From an uncultured Christensenella sp. (GTDB lineage Bacteria > Bacillota > Clostridia > Christensenellales > UBA1242): a stretch of 64,000 bases of DNA. The notes under the pieces are model-generated. The model worked only from the letters and a program-made list of their open reading frames with translations. It was not told where the DNA came from and made no database searches. Position 1 is the first letter of the stretch. Each line of letters opens with the position of its first letter. The translations under genes and the position numbers were made by a program. Below are positions 44,660 to 54,382 of this stretch, piece by piece. Where the stretch lies: the NCBI GenBank assembly GCA_964434265.1, contig CAYSUK010000003.1, positions 24,021-88,020 on the forward strand, in the 5' to 3' direction.

Positions 44660-45520
44660 TTATTCCACAACAAAGTCAGCGATGATGTTTGCTGTGATGG
44701 TGATAGGGTCAAGAATATCATTTGTTATGTCCATATTGTCGTAGTTTCGATATGTGCAAATTGGGAAACAACCAAAGTCTTCTTTCACACCTATAAGTTT
44801 TACTTCGCCGTCGACAATTTTTTGCATTTTTGATGTTGCATTTGAGATTGCATCATTGATTGCTTGGGCATAACTAGTCTCATAATCTTGCACGCTATAT
44901 GCCACACCAGTGATTGTGATATACTCACTTTCGACACCATCTAAAAGTGTGTCAAGTGCGTTTAGGTCGCATGTCTTAAATGTCGCATACATGTCAGCCT
45001 TGAAGCACATTTCACGACCACAGCATGGATAAACATAGTCGCTTGCAAGTCTAACATTCTCTATTCCTTTCTCTTCTAGATTTGACACCAACTCATCGTA
45101 TATAGACTTGGCTTGGCTTTTTGCGGTCGCTTTGACCAAATCAGTATACTCGACACGCACTGTTACTTCGGCACAGTCAGGGTTTACTTCGACACTCCCT
45201 TGCCCCATCACTCTATATCTCACTGGACGACTTTCTGACGAAACATTTTGGTTTGTTTGGTCAGGAACACCGCCCGTCTCTATAGTGTTTTCTTGTGATA
45301 CGGCATCTTGCATGTCCACAACTGTTTGGTCCGTGTGTGACGATATCTCTTGTGGTTTCATATCCTCTCTCACCGGCTTTGCATACTCGATAGTAGGCAC
45401 TCGTGATAGAACATCACCTTCGTCAAGCCGTAGCGGGGTCGCTTGGATTTTACTGCCCGCAAAAATCCCTACAAGCACACCAAGCATAATGGCAAATACT
45501 ACAAAAATTTTTTTCTTCAT
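44660..45520 (-). CDS. secreted SIMPL (DUF541)-like protein
   Basis: Signal peptide MKKKIFVVFAIMLGVLVGIFAGSKIQA. VMGQGSVEVNPDCAEVTVRVEYTD resembles the SIMPL N-terminal strand pattern. Confidence 0.45.
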   Translation of the reverse strand: MKKKIFVVFAIMLGVLVGIFAGSKIQATPLRLDEGDVLSRVPTIEYAKPVREDMKPQEISSHTDQTVVDMQDAVSQENTIETGGVPDQTNQNVSSESRPVRYRVMGQGSVEVNPDCAEVTVRVEYTDLVKATAKSQAKSIYDELVSNLEEKGIENVRLASDYVYPCCGREMCFKADMYATFKTCDLNALDTLLDGVESEYITITGVAYSVQDYETSYAQAINDAISNATSKMQKIVDGEVKLIGVKEDFGCFPICTYRNYDNMDITNDILDPITITANIIADFVVE

Positions 45521-45626
45521 ACATTCTCTCCTTTTTAATATGCTTTAATTTGTGGAAGAATTTGGAAATTATACAAGGCTTTTATATTTTTCTATTTTTT
45601 TCCAACACTAATATTATCCCATTCGC

Positions 45627-45655
45627 TTTACAAACTCGTGTAGTAGTTGTATAAT
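45627..45655 (+). promoter_or_regulatory. promoter of the Y-family polymerase gene
   Basis: TTTACA, 17 nt, TATAAT. Confidence 0.6.
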
Positions 45656-45669
45656 AGAACAAATGTTTG
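45656..45669 (+). promoter_or_regulatory. LexA (Cheo) box overlapping the dinB transcription start
   Basis: AGAACAAATGTTTG, that is GAAC-N4-GTTT, directly after the -10 box. Confidence 0.55.
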
Positions 45670-45696
45670 ATAATGATTATAAAAAGGGGGGGGTAC

Positions 45697-46965
45697 ATGC
45701 GATACATATTACATTCTGATTTGAATAATTTTTATGCGAGTGTCGAGTGCATGTACAATCCCGAACTTCGCAACAAAGCCGTAATTGTCGTCGGTGACAG
45801 CGAAAAACGGCATGGGATAGTACTCGCCAAGAGCAATCTTGCAAAGAGCAAAGGAATCAAAACGGGCGACACCATATGGGAAGCCGAGCAAAAATGTCCC
45901 AATGTTGTACCCGTAAAGGCACGGCTAGACGTGTATCAAAAGGTTTCACGAAAAATCAAGAGCATGTACAGAGAGTACACTGACCAAATGGAGAGTTTTG
46001 GCATAGACGAAGCATGGCTAGACGTAAGTCATCGTGTAAAGTCGTGGGACGAAGCTGTCGCACTTGCCAATGAGATACGCAAACGCGTTATTGACGAATT
46101 TGGTCTGACAGTGAGTATAGGTGTGAGTTTTAACAAGGTTTTTGCAAAACTAGGGAGCGACCTTAAAAAGCCAAATGCCACGACTCTCATATCAAGCGAA
46201 AACTACAAAGATGTAGTATGGCGACTGCCCGTCGACAGCATGATATATATCGGCAGTCGCACCAAAGCCAAGCTAAACAAAAACAACATATTTACACTTG
46301 GCGATTTGGCAGAGTCGAGCGAGCATTTTATGAGCCTACTTATCGGAAAAGTTGGGGTTATGCTAAGACACATGGCACGTGGCGAAGACGATTCACCTGT
46401 CAAATGGGCTGACGAGAAAGACGAAGTAAAATCCATAAGCAATTCGACAACCTGTCCCCGCGACCTTAAAAAAGAAAGTGAAGTCAAGGGTGTAATATTT
46501 ATCCTTGCCGAGAGTGTGGCAGAGCGAATGCGAAAGGAAGGTTTTTGGACTCGTGATGTGTCACTATCTATAAAGGACTCGACGCTCAAATATCAATGTT
46601 GGCAAAAGAAACTCGAATTTGCAACCAATCTTGCAAGCGACATCGCAAATGCCTGTCTCGAACTATTTAAAAACTACGACTGGTCGACGACTGTTCGTGC
46701 CGTCGGAGTGCGAGTTTCAAACTGGGACAATGGGCAAAACCAAATGAGTCTTTTCTACGACACCGCCAAACACTCCAAACGCGAAAAACTCGAGTGTGTC
46801 GTCGAAAATCTTCGCGACCGCTGGGGCTATGACATAATCAAACGTGGGGTCGTGGTGGCAGACAAAGACATGATAGAACTAAATCCGTACAGCGATGTAC
46901 ACACCATTCACCCAGTTAGTTTTCTAAAAGGAGCAATACAAAATGGAGAAGAAAATCAAGGTTAG
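45697..46965 (+). CDS. dinB: Y-family DNA polymerase (DinB/Pol IV-like)
   Basis: ILHSDLNNFYASVE, VVGD...RHGIVLAKSNLAKSKGIKTG and SIDEAWLDVS. ATG 45697 follows a G8 tract. A LexA box lies upstream. Confidence 0.85.
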   Translation: MRYILHSDLNNFYASVECMYNPELRNKAVIVVGDSEKRHGIVLAKSNLAKSKGIKTGDTIWEAEQKCPNVVPVKARLDVYQKVSRKIKSMYREYTDQMESFGIDEAWLDVSHRVKSWDEAVALANEIRKRVIDEFGLTVSIGVSFNKVFAKLGSDLKKPNATTLISSENYKDVVWRLPVDSMIYIGSRTKAKLNKNNIFTLGDLAESSEHFMSLLIGKVGVMLRHMARGEDDSPVKWADEKDEVKSISNSTTCPRDLKKESEVKGVIFILAESVAERMRKEGFWTRDVSLSIKDSTLKYQCWQKKLEFATNLASDIANACLELFKNYDWSTTVRAVGVRVSNWDNGQNQMSLFYDTAKHSKREKLECVVENLRDRWGYDIIKRGVVVADKDMIELNPYSDVHTIHPVSFLKGAIQNGEENQG

Positions 46966-47179
46966 TGTCAATCTGTCATGGGACGAAAACGGCATCAAAC
47001 ACCCCACCGAAATTGTGCTGGACGACCACGTGTATCCCATCGACAAAGTCCTTGCTGTACGAAACAGCGCTTCGCTCCGCACTGGCGGTTTTGGCGAACG
47101 TTATACCATTCGCATCGGAACAAAACAGTACTTTTTGTTTTTTGAAGAGCCATTTTGGTGGCTACTTAAAGACGAATAA
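46943..47179 (+). CDS. 78-aa hypothetical protein, translationally coupled to the polymerase gene
   Basis: RBS AAAGGAG lies 9 nt before the ATG. Overlaps the polymerase 3' end by 23 nt. Followed by the terminator at 47177-47208. Confidence 0.5.
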   Translation: MEKKIKVSVNLSWDENGIKHPTEIVLDDHVYPIDKVLAVRNSASLRTGGFGERYTIRIGTKQYFLFFEEPFWWLLKDE

Positions 47180-47208
47180 AAAACAACCGCTTAGGGTTGT
47201 TTTTTTTG
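47177..47208. terminator. bidirectional terminator between the dinB operon and the P1B-ATPase
   Basis: Stem AACAACC/GGTTGTT with a 6-nt loop, flanked by A5 and T7. Confidence 0.7.
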
Positions 47209-47237
47209 ATGTTATCATATTTTATTATACAATAAGG

Positions 47238-49352
47238 TTATTTTTCCGATGTCAACTTTGTTTTGGGACGGAAATATATAAGTCGCATAGAGTTTAGGAT
47301 AGCGAGCATAGACACACCTACATCGGCAAACACTGCCAACCACAGTCCAGTAATTCCAAGCACTCCAAGCACCATAGCAACGACCTTAACACCAAGTGCA
47401 AAAACTATATTTTCGATATATGTGCGGTGGGTTGCTTTTTCAATTTTGAGAGTGTTTACGAGCGACATAATACTTCCAGTCATGAGCACCATATCACCCA
47501 TTTCGACAGCTATATCGCTACCACTACCCATTGCGACACCGATATCGCATGTGCTAAGCACTGGTGCATCGTTTATGCCGTCACCGACATACATTATTTT
47601 GTGCCCATCGGCTTTGTATTTGTTTAGAATATCGAGTTTGTCTTTTGGCATAAGGTCGGCATATATCTCTGTAAAGCCAAGTGCATCACCTACCCAGTGC
47701 GCAACTTCGCCTTTATCACCCGTCAACATAATTATGTTTTTAATGCCCATATTTTTAAGCTCGGTTATGGCGATTTTTGCATCAGGTTTTATACTGTCAC
47801 TTATAACGACATATCCCGCATACTCTCCCGATATCGATATGTGAACGACAGTCCCCATCTCAACGACATCTTGACACTCGATGCCGTTTTGTTTTAAGAA
47901 GTTTGCATTTCCACAAAGTACTGGTTTGCCTTCGATTTTAGCACTTAGTCCCTTACCCACAATTTCTTCAAAGTCGTCGATTTTGCTTTGGAAAATTTTG
48001 CCCGAGTAAAGTTTTGACACGCTCTTTGCAATAGGGTGAGTACTATTTGACTCGATATAACAAAGGTATTTGACAAAGGTATCACGTTCGACACCTATTG
48101 GGTTTACTTTTTGCACTTTAAAGTCGCCATTTGTAAGTGTGCCTGTTTTGTCAAATATAACAGTATCTATTGTGTGCAAGGTGTCCATATAGTTTGCACC
48201 TTTTACAAGCATACCGTACTTGGCACAACGTCCAACACCGCTGAAAAATGCAAGCGGAACAGATATAACAATAGCGCATGGGCAAGACACAACTAAAAAT
48301 GTTAGTGCTTTGTAAAGCCAACTAGTCCATTGCCCTGTAATAAGCGACGGAACAAGGAATATCAAAACCGCCAAACCAAACACCGCAGGAGTGTACCAGC
48401 GGGCAAATTTGGTTATAAATTTCTCAGCCTTAGGCTTACTTGCACTGGCATTTTCGACAAGTTCGATTACTTTACTAATTGCCGAATCCGAATACACGCT
48501 TGTTGCACGGACGGTAATAGGATTGCCCGTGTTTATTGCCCCGCTCAAAACGCTCGAGCCGATAGTTACACGCACTGGCAAACTCTCACCTGTGAGCATA
48601 GAATTGTCGACAAAACTATTTCCATTTACAACCTTGCCATCGACGGCTATTTTTTCACCGTTCTTGACTATAATAAGGTCGCCAATTTTTATTTTTTCTG
48701 GTCGGACTTGGTGTTCTTCGCCGTCACGCATAACAGTAGCAAACTGCGGTTTGAGTGTAAGCATCTTTTCAAGGCTCTTACGGCTTTTGCCGACTGCATA
48801 GTCTTGAAAAGCTTCACCAATTTTATAAAGTAGCATAACCATAATGGCTTCGGGGTACTCGCCAAGTGCAAGTGCACCTATCGTCGCCACAACCATAAGC
48901 ACATTTTCGTCAAAAACTCCGCCTTTTGCGAGTTTTTTAAACGACTTATATATCACATCATATCCGACAAATAGATATGCCACAATATATAGCACAAGTT
49001 TTGCAATGTCGTTTTTGAGTAGCATCGCTGTGACCATAAGCACAACCGACAAAATAGGCAATGCTAGTCGCACCCATGTCCTTTTGAAAAATGGTACTTT
49101 TACCTTTGTTTCTTGCGGTTGGTCTTCTATTTTGGCAAGATATACTTCGCTTTCAAATATGTGTATAGTTTTTTCCAAAAACGCAATGAGTTCGGCTTCG
49201 TCTGCCCACTCGTGGTCGGTCTCAATATAGAGTTTTTTGTTTATAAAATCAAGTGTGCATTTATCTATCTCGTCAAAAGTATTTAGGGCTTTCTCGATTT
49301 TTACCGAACATGCAGCACATTCAAGGTCTTTTAGTAGATATACTTTTTTCAT
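47238..49352 (-). CDS. heavy-metal (Cd/Zn/Co-type) P1B-type ATPase
   Basis: N-terminal HMA domain with CAAC, TM6 SCPCAIV, DKTGTLT and GDGINDAP. ATG 49352 overlaps the arsR-family stop (TAATG). Confidence 0.9.
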   Translation of the reverse strand: MKKVYLLKDLECAACSVKIEKALNTFDEIDKCTLDFINKKLYIETDHEWADEAELIAFLEKTIHIFESEVYLAKIEDQPQETKVKVPFFKRTWVRLALPILSVVLMVTAMLLKNDIAKLVLYIVAYLFVGYDVIYKSFKKLAKGGVFDENVLMVVATIGALALGEYPEAIMVMLLYKIGEAFQDYAVGKSRKSLEKMLTLKPQFATVMRDGEEHQVRPEKIKIGDLIIVKNGEKIAVDGKVVNGNSFVDNSMLTGESLPVRVTIGSSVLSGAINTGNPITVRATSVYSDSAISKVIELVENASASKPKAEKFITKFARWYTPAVFGLAVLIFLVPSLITGQWTSWLYKALTFLVVSCPCAIVISVPLAFFSGVGRCAKYGMLVKGANYMDTLHTIDTVIFDKTGTLTNGDFKVQKVNPIGVERDTFVKYLCYIESNSTHPIAKSVSKLYSGKIFQSKIDDFEEIVGKGLSAKIEGKPVLCGNANFLKQNGIECQDVVEMGTVVHISISGEYAGYVVISDSIKPDAKIAITELKNMGIKNIIMLTGDKGEVAHWVGDALGFTEIYADLMPKDKLDILNKYKADGHKIMYVGDGINDAPVLSTCDIGVAMGSGSDIAVEMGDMVLMTGSIMSLVNTLKIEKATHRTYIENIVFALGVKVVAMVLGVLGITGLWLAVFADVGVSMLAILNSMRLIYFRPKTKLTSEK

Positions 49353-49654
49353 TAGTCTATCTCCCTTGCATGAACTAAACACATGTCGACTACCTTTTTG
49401 ACATGCTCGTCACTTATCATATAATACACCTTGTTTCCGTCTTTACTACTCGACACAAGATTTGCATTCTTCAAAAAAATCAGTTGGTGCGATATCGCCG
49501 ATTGGGTCATTCCTACCGCTTCCACAATCTCACTTACACACTTTTTGCCCGACATAAGTTCGAACACAATTTTGAGCCTTGTCCCATCTTTAAGTGCTCC
49601 AAGTATGTCAAGCATATTTTTCATATCTTTTTCGCTGACAATATATTTTTTCAT
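49352..49654 (-). CDS. ArsR/SmtB family metal-sensing repressor
   Basis: 100 aa with a winged helix: LKIVFELMSGKKCVSEIVEAVGMTQSAISHQLIFLKNANLVSSSKDGNKVYY. Confidence 0.9.
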   Translation of the reverse strand: MKKYIVSEKDMKNMLDILGALKDGTRLKIVFELMSGKKCVSEIVEAVGMTQSAISHQLIFLKNANLVSSSKDGNKVYYMISDEHVKKVVDMCLVHAREID

Positions 49655-49713
49655 AAATCTCCTTTTTATATTTTATGCCAAAAAACTGATATGTAGTCCT
49701 TTTACATAAAAAA

Positions 49714-49763
49714 TATATGAATGATTACTCATATAGTATATGAACAATCACTCATATAGTCAA
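49714..49763 (-). promoter_or_regulatory. arsR-ATPase promoter with two tandem ArsR-type operators
   Basis: TATATGA-N8-TCATATA occurs at 49714-49735 and again at 49737-49758. The minus-strand promoter is TTGACT (49758-49763), 17 nt, TATACT (49735-49740). One operator fills the spacer and the other covers +1. Confidence 0.7.
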
Positions 49764-49779
49764 GAGATTTTTTGCATTT

Positions 49780-50718
49780 TTACAAAACTTTATAGTTTAT
49801 TAGGTCGATACTGTCGACAAGTGGTGTATGTATTGGAGTACTAAGGTCTGTCGAAAGATATTTTTTGTTGTCGTCTGGAAAAACAGAAAGGCAATGCGAT
49901 TTGCCGTACTTGACACAGCCAAGAAAGTTTGCTCCGCCTGATATCCCTACAGCAAGCCCAAGCGACTGGCTGAGTTTTTGTGCCATAGCAATTGCATCGT
50001 CGTCATCGATACTTATTATATCGTCGACCAGTTCGGATTTGTACAGGTCGGGTATTATGTCATCACTAAGCCCTTGGATTTTGTGTTGGCCGAGTGAACG
50101 ACCTTGCGAAAACAGCGACGACCCGCTTGGCTCGACAGCAACGATTTTTGCTCCACAATGTCGTTTGAAATATCCGCCAATACCCATTAGTGTCCCCGAT
50201 GTGCCTATGCCCGCCACAACTCCACATATATTACTCACCTTACTTTCGACCTCCTTACAAAGACGACGATATGCTTTGACGTTGGACTGATTTTCAAACT
50301 GTCTGGATAAAAAGGCGACTCCGTTTTCATTTAACTTTTCACATTCACAAAAGCCTTCTTCAAAACTATCGACAAGGCACAATTCTCCCCCATATAATTG
50401 GATAAGTTTTTTGCGTTCATCGCTCATGCTACGCGGCATAAAAACTTTTACTTTATGGCCAAAATACCGACCTACAGCACAAAGTGATATGCCCATGTTT
50501 CCGCTCGACACTTCAGCAATGTCTTGCCCATTTTTGAGTTTGCCCGACCTTAATCCGTCTTTGATTATTTGCAAGGCTACCCTATCCTTAATCGAGCCAG
50601 TAAGATTGTACCACTCGCACTTAAAATAAGCACTTCGAGTGATGTTTTTGTATTTATACTCTATCTCTACAAGCGGTGTATCACCTATCACACCTGCCAA
50701 ATTTTTGTATTTATCCAT
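49780..50718 (-). CDS. cysK: cysteine synthase (CysK/CysM family, PLP-dependent)
   Basis: NLTGSIKDRVAL (PLP lysine), SSGNMGISLC and GIGTSGTLMG. ATG 50718 has RBS GGGGG. Confidence 0.8.
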   Translation of the reverse strand: MDKYKNLAGVIGDTPLVEIEYKYKNITRSAYFKCEWYNLTGSIKDRVALQIIKDGLRSGKLKNGQDIAEVSSGNMGISLCAVGRYFGHKVKVFMPRSMSDERKKLIQLYGGELCLVDSFEEGFCECEKLNENGVAFLSRQFENQSNVKAYRRLCKEVESKVSNICGVVAGIGTSGTLMGIGGYFKRHCGAKIVAVEPSGSSLFSQGRSLGQHKIQGLSDDIIPDLYKSELVDDIISIDDDDAIAMAQKLSQSLGLAVGISGGANFLGCVKYGKSHCLSVFPDDNKKYLSTDLSTPIHTPLVDSIDLINYKVL

Positions 50719-50792
50719 ATTTACCCCCTTTGTCATATATGTCAAAACACAAAAACATGTGAAAAAACGACTCAAAATTTAGAGCCGTTTTG

Positions 50793-53453
50793 TTATTTTC
50801 TTTTACTTTTTGGTTCGGATAATTTAACGCAAAGTTTAACAAACTCCGCAATCGGGATTGTCGCAAATCCAACAGCAATACATATAAGCCACTCATTTAG
50901 AGTAAGTGTAGTGATATTAAGTGCTGTTTGTAGGAACGGAATAGGTATCGCCACAACCAATACACATAGTGCAAAGGAGTATACAAAACCCCAGTTTAAA
51001 AACGCATTATCAAATGGATTACTTGAAAACAAACTTCTACGTTCGTCCTTCATGTTGTAGGACTGGAACGCTTCTATCATAGTAAGAGACACAAAACAAA
51101 GTGTAATAACTTTTGTAGTGTCAAGGCCTATGACGTCGTAAGATATAAAGTAAACCATAAGTACTAAAAATGCCTGTACAAGTCCATATGTCACCATATT
51201 AAATCCGACAAACCCGCTAAACAAATGCTTTTCATGCTTGTTTGGCGGACGACGCATAATATCCTTGTCGCCTTTTTCAACACCCAGTGCAAGTGCCGAT
51301 ATAGTGTCGCTTATAAAGTTTAACCAAAGTATAAGTGCCGGATTGAAAAACTCTCGACGTAGCACAACAATTACTGTAAATAACATAATAAGTTCGGCAA
51401 TACCTGTCGACATAAGATATTCGATACACTTTAGTACATTGTCATATATTTTGCGGCCTTCTTTAACTGCCGACACAATAGTCGAAAAGTTGTCGTCTGT
51501 AAGTATAACTTGACTGACTTCTTTAGTAACATCAGTGCCAGCAATCCCCATGCCAATGCCTATATCTGCCGTCTTAATGCTAGGCGCATCATTTACCCCG
51601 TCACCTGTCATTGCAACAACATTATTTAGAGCTTTAAGCGCCTTCACTATCCGTACTTTGTGCTCGGGATTAACTCGTGCAAACACTCGCACAGTCGCAA
51701 GTGCTTTTTGCAGATGCTCGTCTTTCATATTGTTTAGGTCTTTACCTGTCAAAACTTGACGTTTGTCAGTAGCAATGCCAAGTTCACGTGCAATAGCAAA
51801 TGCCGTGTCTTTATGGTCGCCAGTAATCATTATTACCTTAATCCCTGCATTTTTGCAAGTAGCAATCGCTTCTTTGACTTCTGGTCGTGGTGGGTCAATC
51901 ATTCCCGCAAGCCCGACAAAAGTAAGATTTGATTCAGCATATTCCGAACGCATAATGTATGGGTCTTCTTCATACTCTTTGTAGGCAAATGCAAGTACTC
52001 TAAGTGCATTGTCACCCATAATATAGTTTTGTTCGATTACCTTGTCACGGTCAGCGTCAGTCATAATTCGCACTTGGCCATTATCAAGTATGTATGTGCA
52101 TTTATTTAAAATATTGTCGACCGCACCCTTGACATAACAAATTTTGTCGTCATCGACATCGTTTAGCGTGCTCATAAGTTTGCGTTCGCTGTCAAACGGA
52201 ATTTCGTTTAGTCTTGGATATGCTCCATTTAATGTATCTTTGTTGTAGCCATTTTTGTACGCATAATACACAAGTGCTGTCTCTGTCGGGTCGCCAAGCA
52301 AGCTTAGTTCGCCACCTTCACCAAGTTTGGTTTCAGTATCATTGCAAAGCAACATACAATTTATGAGTTGGTGATAGTTTTCGCTATCATTCAATCGAGT
52401 ATTTTCACACATGGTGTACACTGCACTAACTTCCATTTTGTTTAGAGTGAGTGTGCCTGTTTTGTCACTACAAATTACTTGTGTACTGCCCAACGTTTCG
52501 ACTGCTGGAAGCGACCTTACAATAGCCTTTTGTTTGGACATACGTTGGACACCAAGTGCCATGGTGAGAGTAAGACATGTAAGCATGCCTTCCGGCACGA
52601 TACATACCGCAAGCGCAATGGCCACCATAAAACTCTCAGATATCGTTTTGCCCATTATCATATCAGCCACAAACACAACTGCTGAAATAGCAACAATAAT
52701 GTATGACAAAATCCTAATAGTCGAATTTAGACGTTTTGTGAGTGGAGTTTCGTCATCTTTTTCTTCTTGGAGTATGTTTGAAATCTTGCCAAGTTCGGTA
52801 TCCATACCCGTCGCAACAACTACGCCTTCGCCCCTGCCATATGCGACAGTACTGCCCATATACGCCATGTTTTTGCGATCACCAAGTGGCAAATGTCGGC
52901 CTTCGACTATCATTGCCGTTCTTTCGCTTGGCACACTCTCCCCTGTAAGTGTCGAATCGTTTATCTTAATCGATGCTGTATGGATAAATCGTATGTCGGC
53001 TGGCACAACATCACCTGCTTCAAGCACAACAATATCTCCCACAACTATGTTTTCCGATTTAACTCGTATTATCTCACCATTTCGACGGACTTTTGCATAC
53101 GGCTTAGTCAAGTCCTTTAATCCATCAAGCGCCTTTTCCGCCTTGACTTCTTGCACAACACCAATGGTTGTGTTTAGTATGATAATAAGCATTATCATGC
53201 CAGCATTAACAAGTTCGCCCGCATCATCTTCTAGTATTGCTACCACGATACTCGCAATGCATGCAAAAACCAACAAAAGTATCAACACATTTTTGAGTTG
53301 GTCAAATATCCTTAACCAAACACTGCGTTTTTTCTTTTGTTTGAGCAAGTTCTTTCCATTTTCTTCTAGGCGACGACGTGCTGTCGATGGACTAAGCCCT
53401 TCATGTCGGCTTTCAAGTCTTTCAAAACACTCGTCAATGCTTACATTGTACAT
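50793..53453 (-). CDS. P2-type (Ca2+-type) cation-transporting ATPase
   Basis: Cation_ATPase_N-like start, TGES, TM4 VPEGM, CSDKTGTLT and TGDGVNDAPSIKTADIGIGMG. Confidence 0.85.
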   Translation of the reverse strand: MYNVSIDECFERLESRHEGLSPSTARRRLEENGKNLLKQKKKRSVWLRIFDQLKNVLILLLVFACIASIVVAILEDDAGELVNAGMIMLIIILNTTIGVVQEVKAEKALDGLKDLTKPYAKVRRNGEIIRVKSENIVVGDIVVLEAGDVVPADIRFIHTASIKINDSTLTGESVPSERTAMIVEGRHLPLGDRKNMAYMGSTVAYGRGEGVVVATGMDTELGKISNILQEEKDDETPLTKRLNSTIRILSYIIVAISAVVFVADMIMGKTISESFMVAIALAVCIVPEGMLTCLTLTMALGVQRMSKQKAIVRSLPAVETLGSTQVICSDKTGTLTLNKMEVSAVYTMCENTRLNDSENYHQLINCMLLCNDTETKLGEGGELSLLGDPTETALVYYAYKNGYNKDTLNGAYPRLNEIPFDSERKLMSTLNDVDDDKICYVKGAVDNILNKCTYILDNGQVRIMTDADRDKVIEQNYIMGDNALRVLAFAYKEYEEDPYIMRSEYAESNLTFVGLAGMIDPPRPEVKEAIATCKNAGIKVIMITGDHKDTAFAIARELGIATDKRQVLTGKDLNNMKDEHLQKALATVRVFARVNPEHKVRIVKALKALNNVVAMTGDGVNDAPSIKTADIGIGMGIAGTDVTKEVSQVILTDDNFSTIVSAVKEGRKIYDNVLKCIEYLMSTGIAELIMLFTVIVVLRREFFNPALILWLNFISDTISALALGVEKGDKDIMRRPPNKHEKHLFSGFVGFNMVTYGLVQAFLVLMVYFISYDVIGLDTTKVITLCFVSLTMIEAFQSYNMKDERRSLFSSNPFDNAFLNWGFVYSFALCVLVVAIPIPFLQTALNITTLTLNEWLICIAVGFATIPIAEFVKLCVKLSEPKSKRK

Positions 53454-53532
53454 ATATCTTTCCCTATGTTTTGATTTTAGCACATAGCAGATAAATAATC
53501 AAATAAGTAAAAGATATTTGTAAAATTTGTAA

Positions 53533-53561
53533 CTAAAAAGAAAGGGCTAGCCCTTTCTTTT
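53533..53561 (-). terminator. terminator after the SDR gene
   Basis: 9-bp stem AAGAAAGGG/CCCTTTCTT with loop CTAG, then a T-run on the minus strand. Confidence 0.65.
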
Positions 53562-54297
53562 ACATTCCACCATCAATAGTAATTATCTCTGAGTTTATAT
53601 ACTCAGCATCGTCCGACGCTAAAAAACAAATTAGTTTTGCTATATCTTCTGGTGTACCAAAACGACGTTTGAGTATTTTTTCGCACTCCATAGCTCGCAC
53701 TGTCGGGTCATCGAATATATCGTCATTCATGTCAGTATCCACCCAGCCCGGTGCAACAGCATTGACATTGACATATGGTGCATACTCTATCGCCATATTG
53801 TGTGTAAGTGAGTCAAGCCCCGCTTTACTCATGTCATAATCGGCACTTGTCGGCCAATAACACTTTGTAGCATTGTTTGACGACACATTTATGATTTTGC
53901 CATATTGTTGCTCGACCATATGTGGCGCAATCTCACGTGTGATAAGATATGGTGCAATAAGATTTGTCGACAATATCTTGACAATATCTTCTAGTTTTTT
54001 GTCACAAAACTCACAGTCTTTGGCAATGCCAGCATTGTTTACAAGCACATCAATATGTCCAAAATCTTTATATGCTTTTTCCACCATTTTTGATATTTGG
54101 TCAGGGTCAGATATGTCAGCTTTATAGACCACAACCTTTGCACCAAAATCCTTCTTTATAAGGTCGGCTATTTCTTTGGCTTTTTGGTCGTTGTTTGCGT
54201 AATTTATAGCGACGTCAAAACCCCTTCGAGCAAACTCATATGCTGTCGCCCTACCTATGCCACGACTAGCACCAGTAATAAATACAACTTTTTTCAT
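53560..54297 (-). CDS. short-chain dehydrogenase/reductase (FabG-like)
   Basis: TGASRGIG, NNAG and YDMSK. ATG 54297 has RBS GGGAGAAA. Confidence 0.85.
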   Translation of the reverse strand: MKKVVFITGASRGIGRATAYEFARRGFDVAINYANNDQKAKEIADLIKKDFGAKVVVYKADISDPDQISKMVEKAYKDFGHIDVLVNNAGIAKDCEFCDKKLEDIVKILSTNLIAPYLITREIAPHMVEQQYGKIINVSSNNATKCYWPTSADYDMSKAGLDSLTHNMAIEYAPYVNVNAVAPGWVDTDMNDDIFDDPTVRAMECEKILKRRFGTPEDIAKLICFLASDDAEYINSEIITIDGGM

Positions 54298-54341
54298 AAT
54301 TTTCTCCCACATTTAGTATAACACATATTGCCATATTTTAA

Positions 54342-54374
54342 AATAAAAAAAACACCTTCATATAGAAGATGTTT
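54342..54374 (-). terminator. terminator after efp
   Basis: 9-bp stem (one G-U pair) with a 5-nt loop and an 8-nt T-run. Confidence 0.7.
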
Positions 54375-54382
54375 TGTATTTG

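Noticed and set aside
52411-53487. Long antisense ORFs. These include 358 aa at 52411-53487 (+) and others at 11843-12436 (+), 16347-16808 (+), 24881-25375 (+), 33287-33913 (-), 45108-45548 (+), 47263-47844 (+) and 60308-60832 (+).
   Set aside because: Each lies fully inside, and opposite to, a gene with clear family motifs. Their products are low-complexity Ser/Ile/Phe-rich shadows without an RBS.
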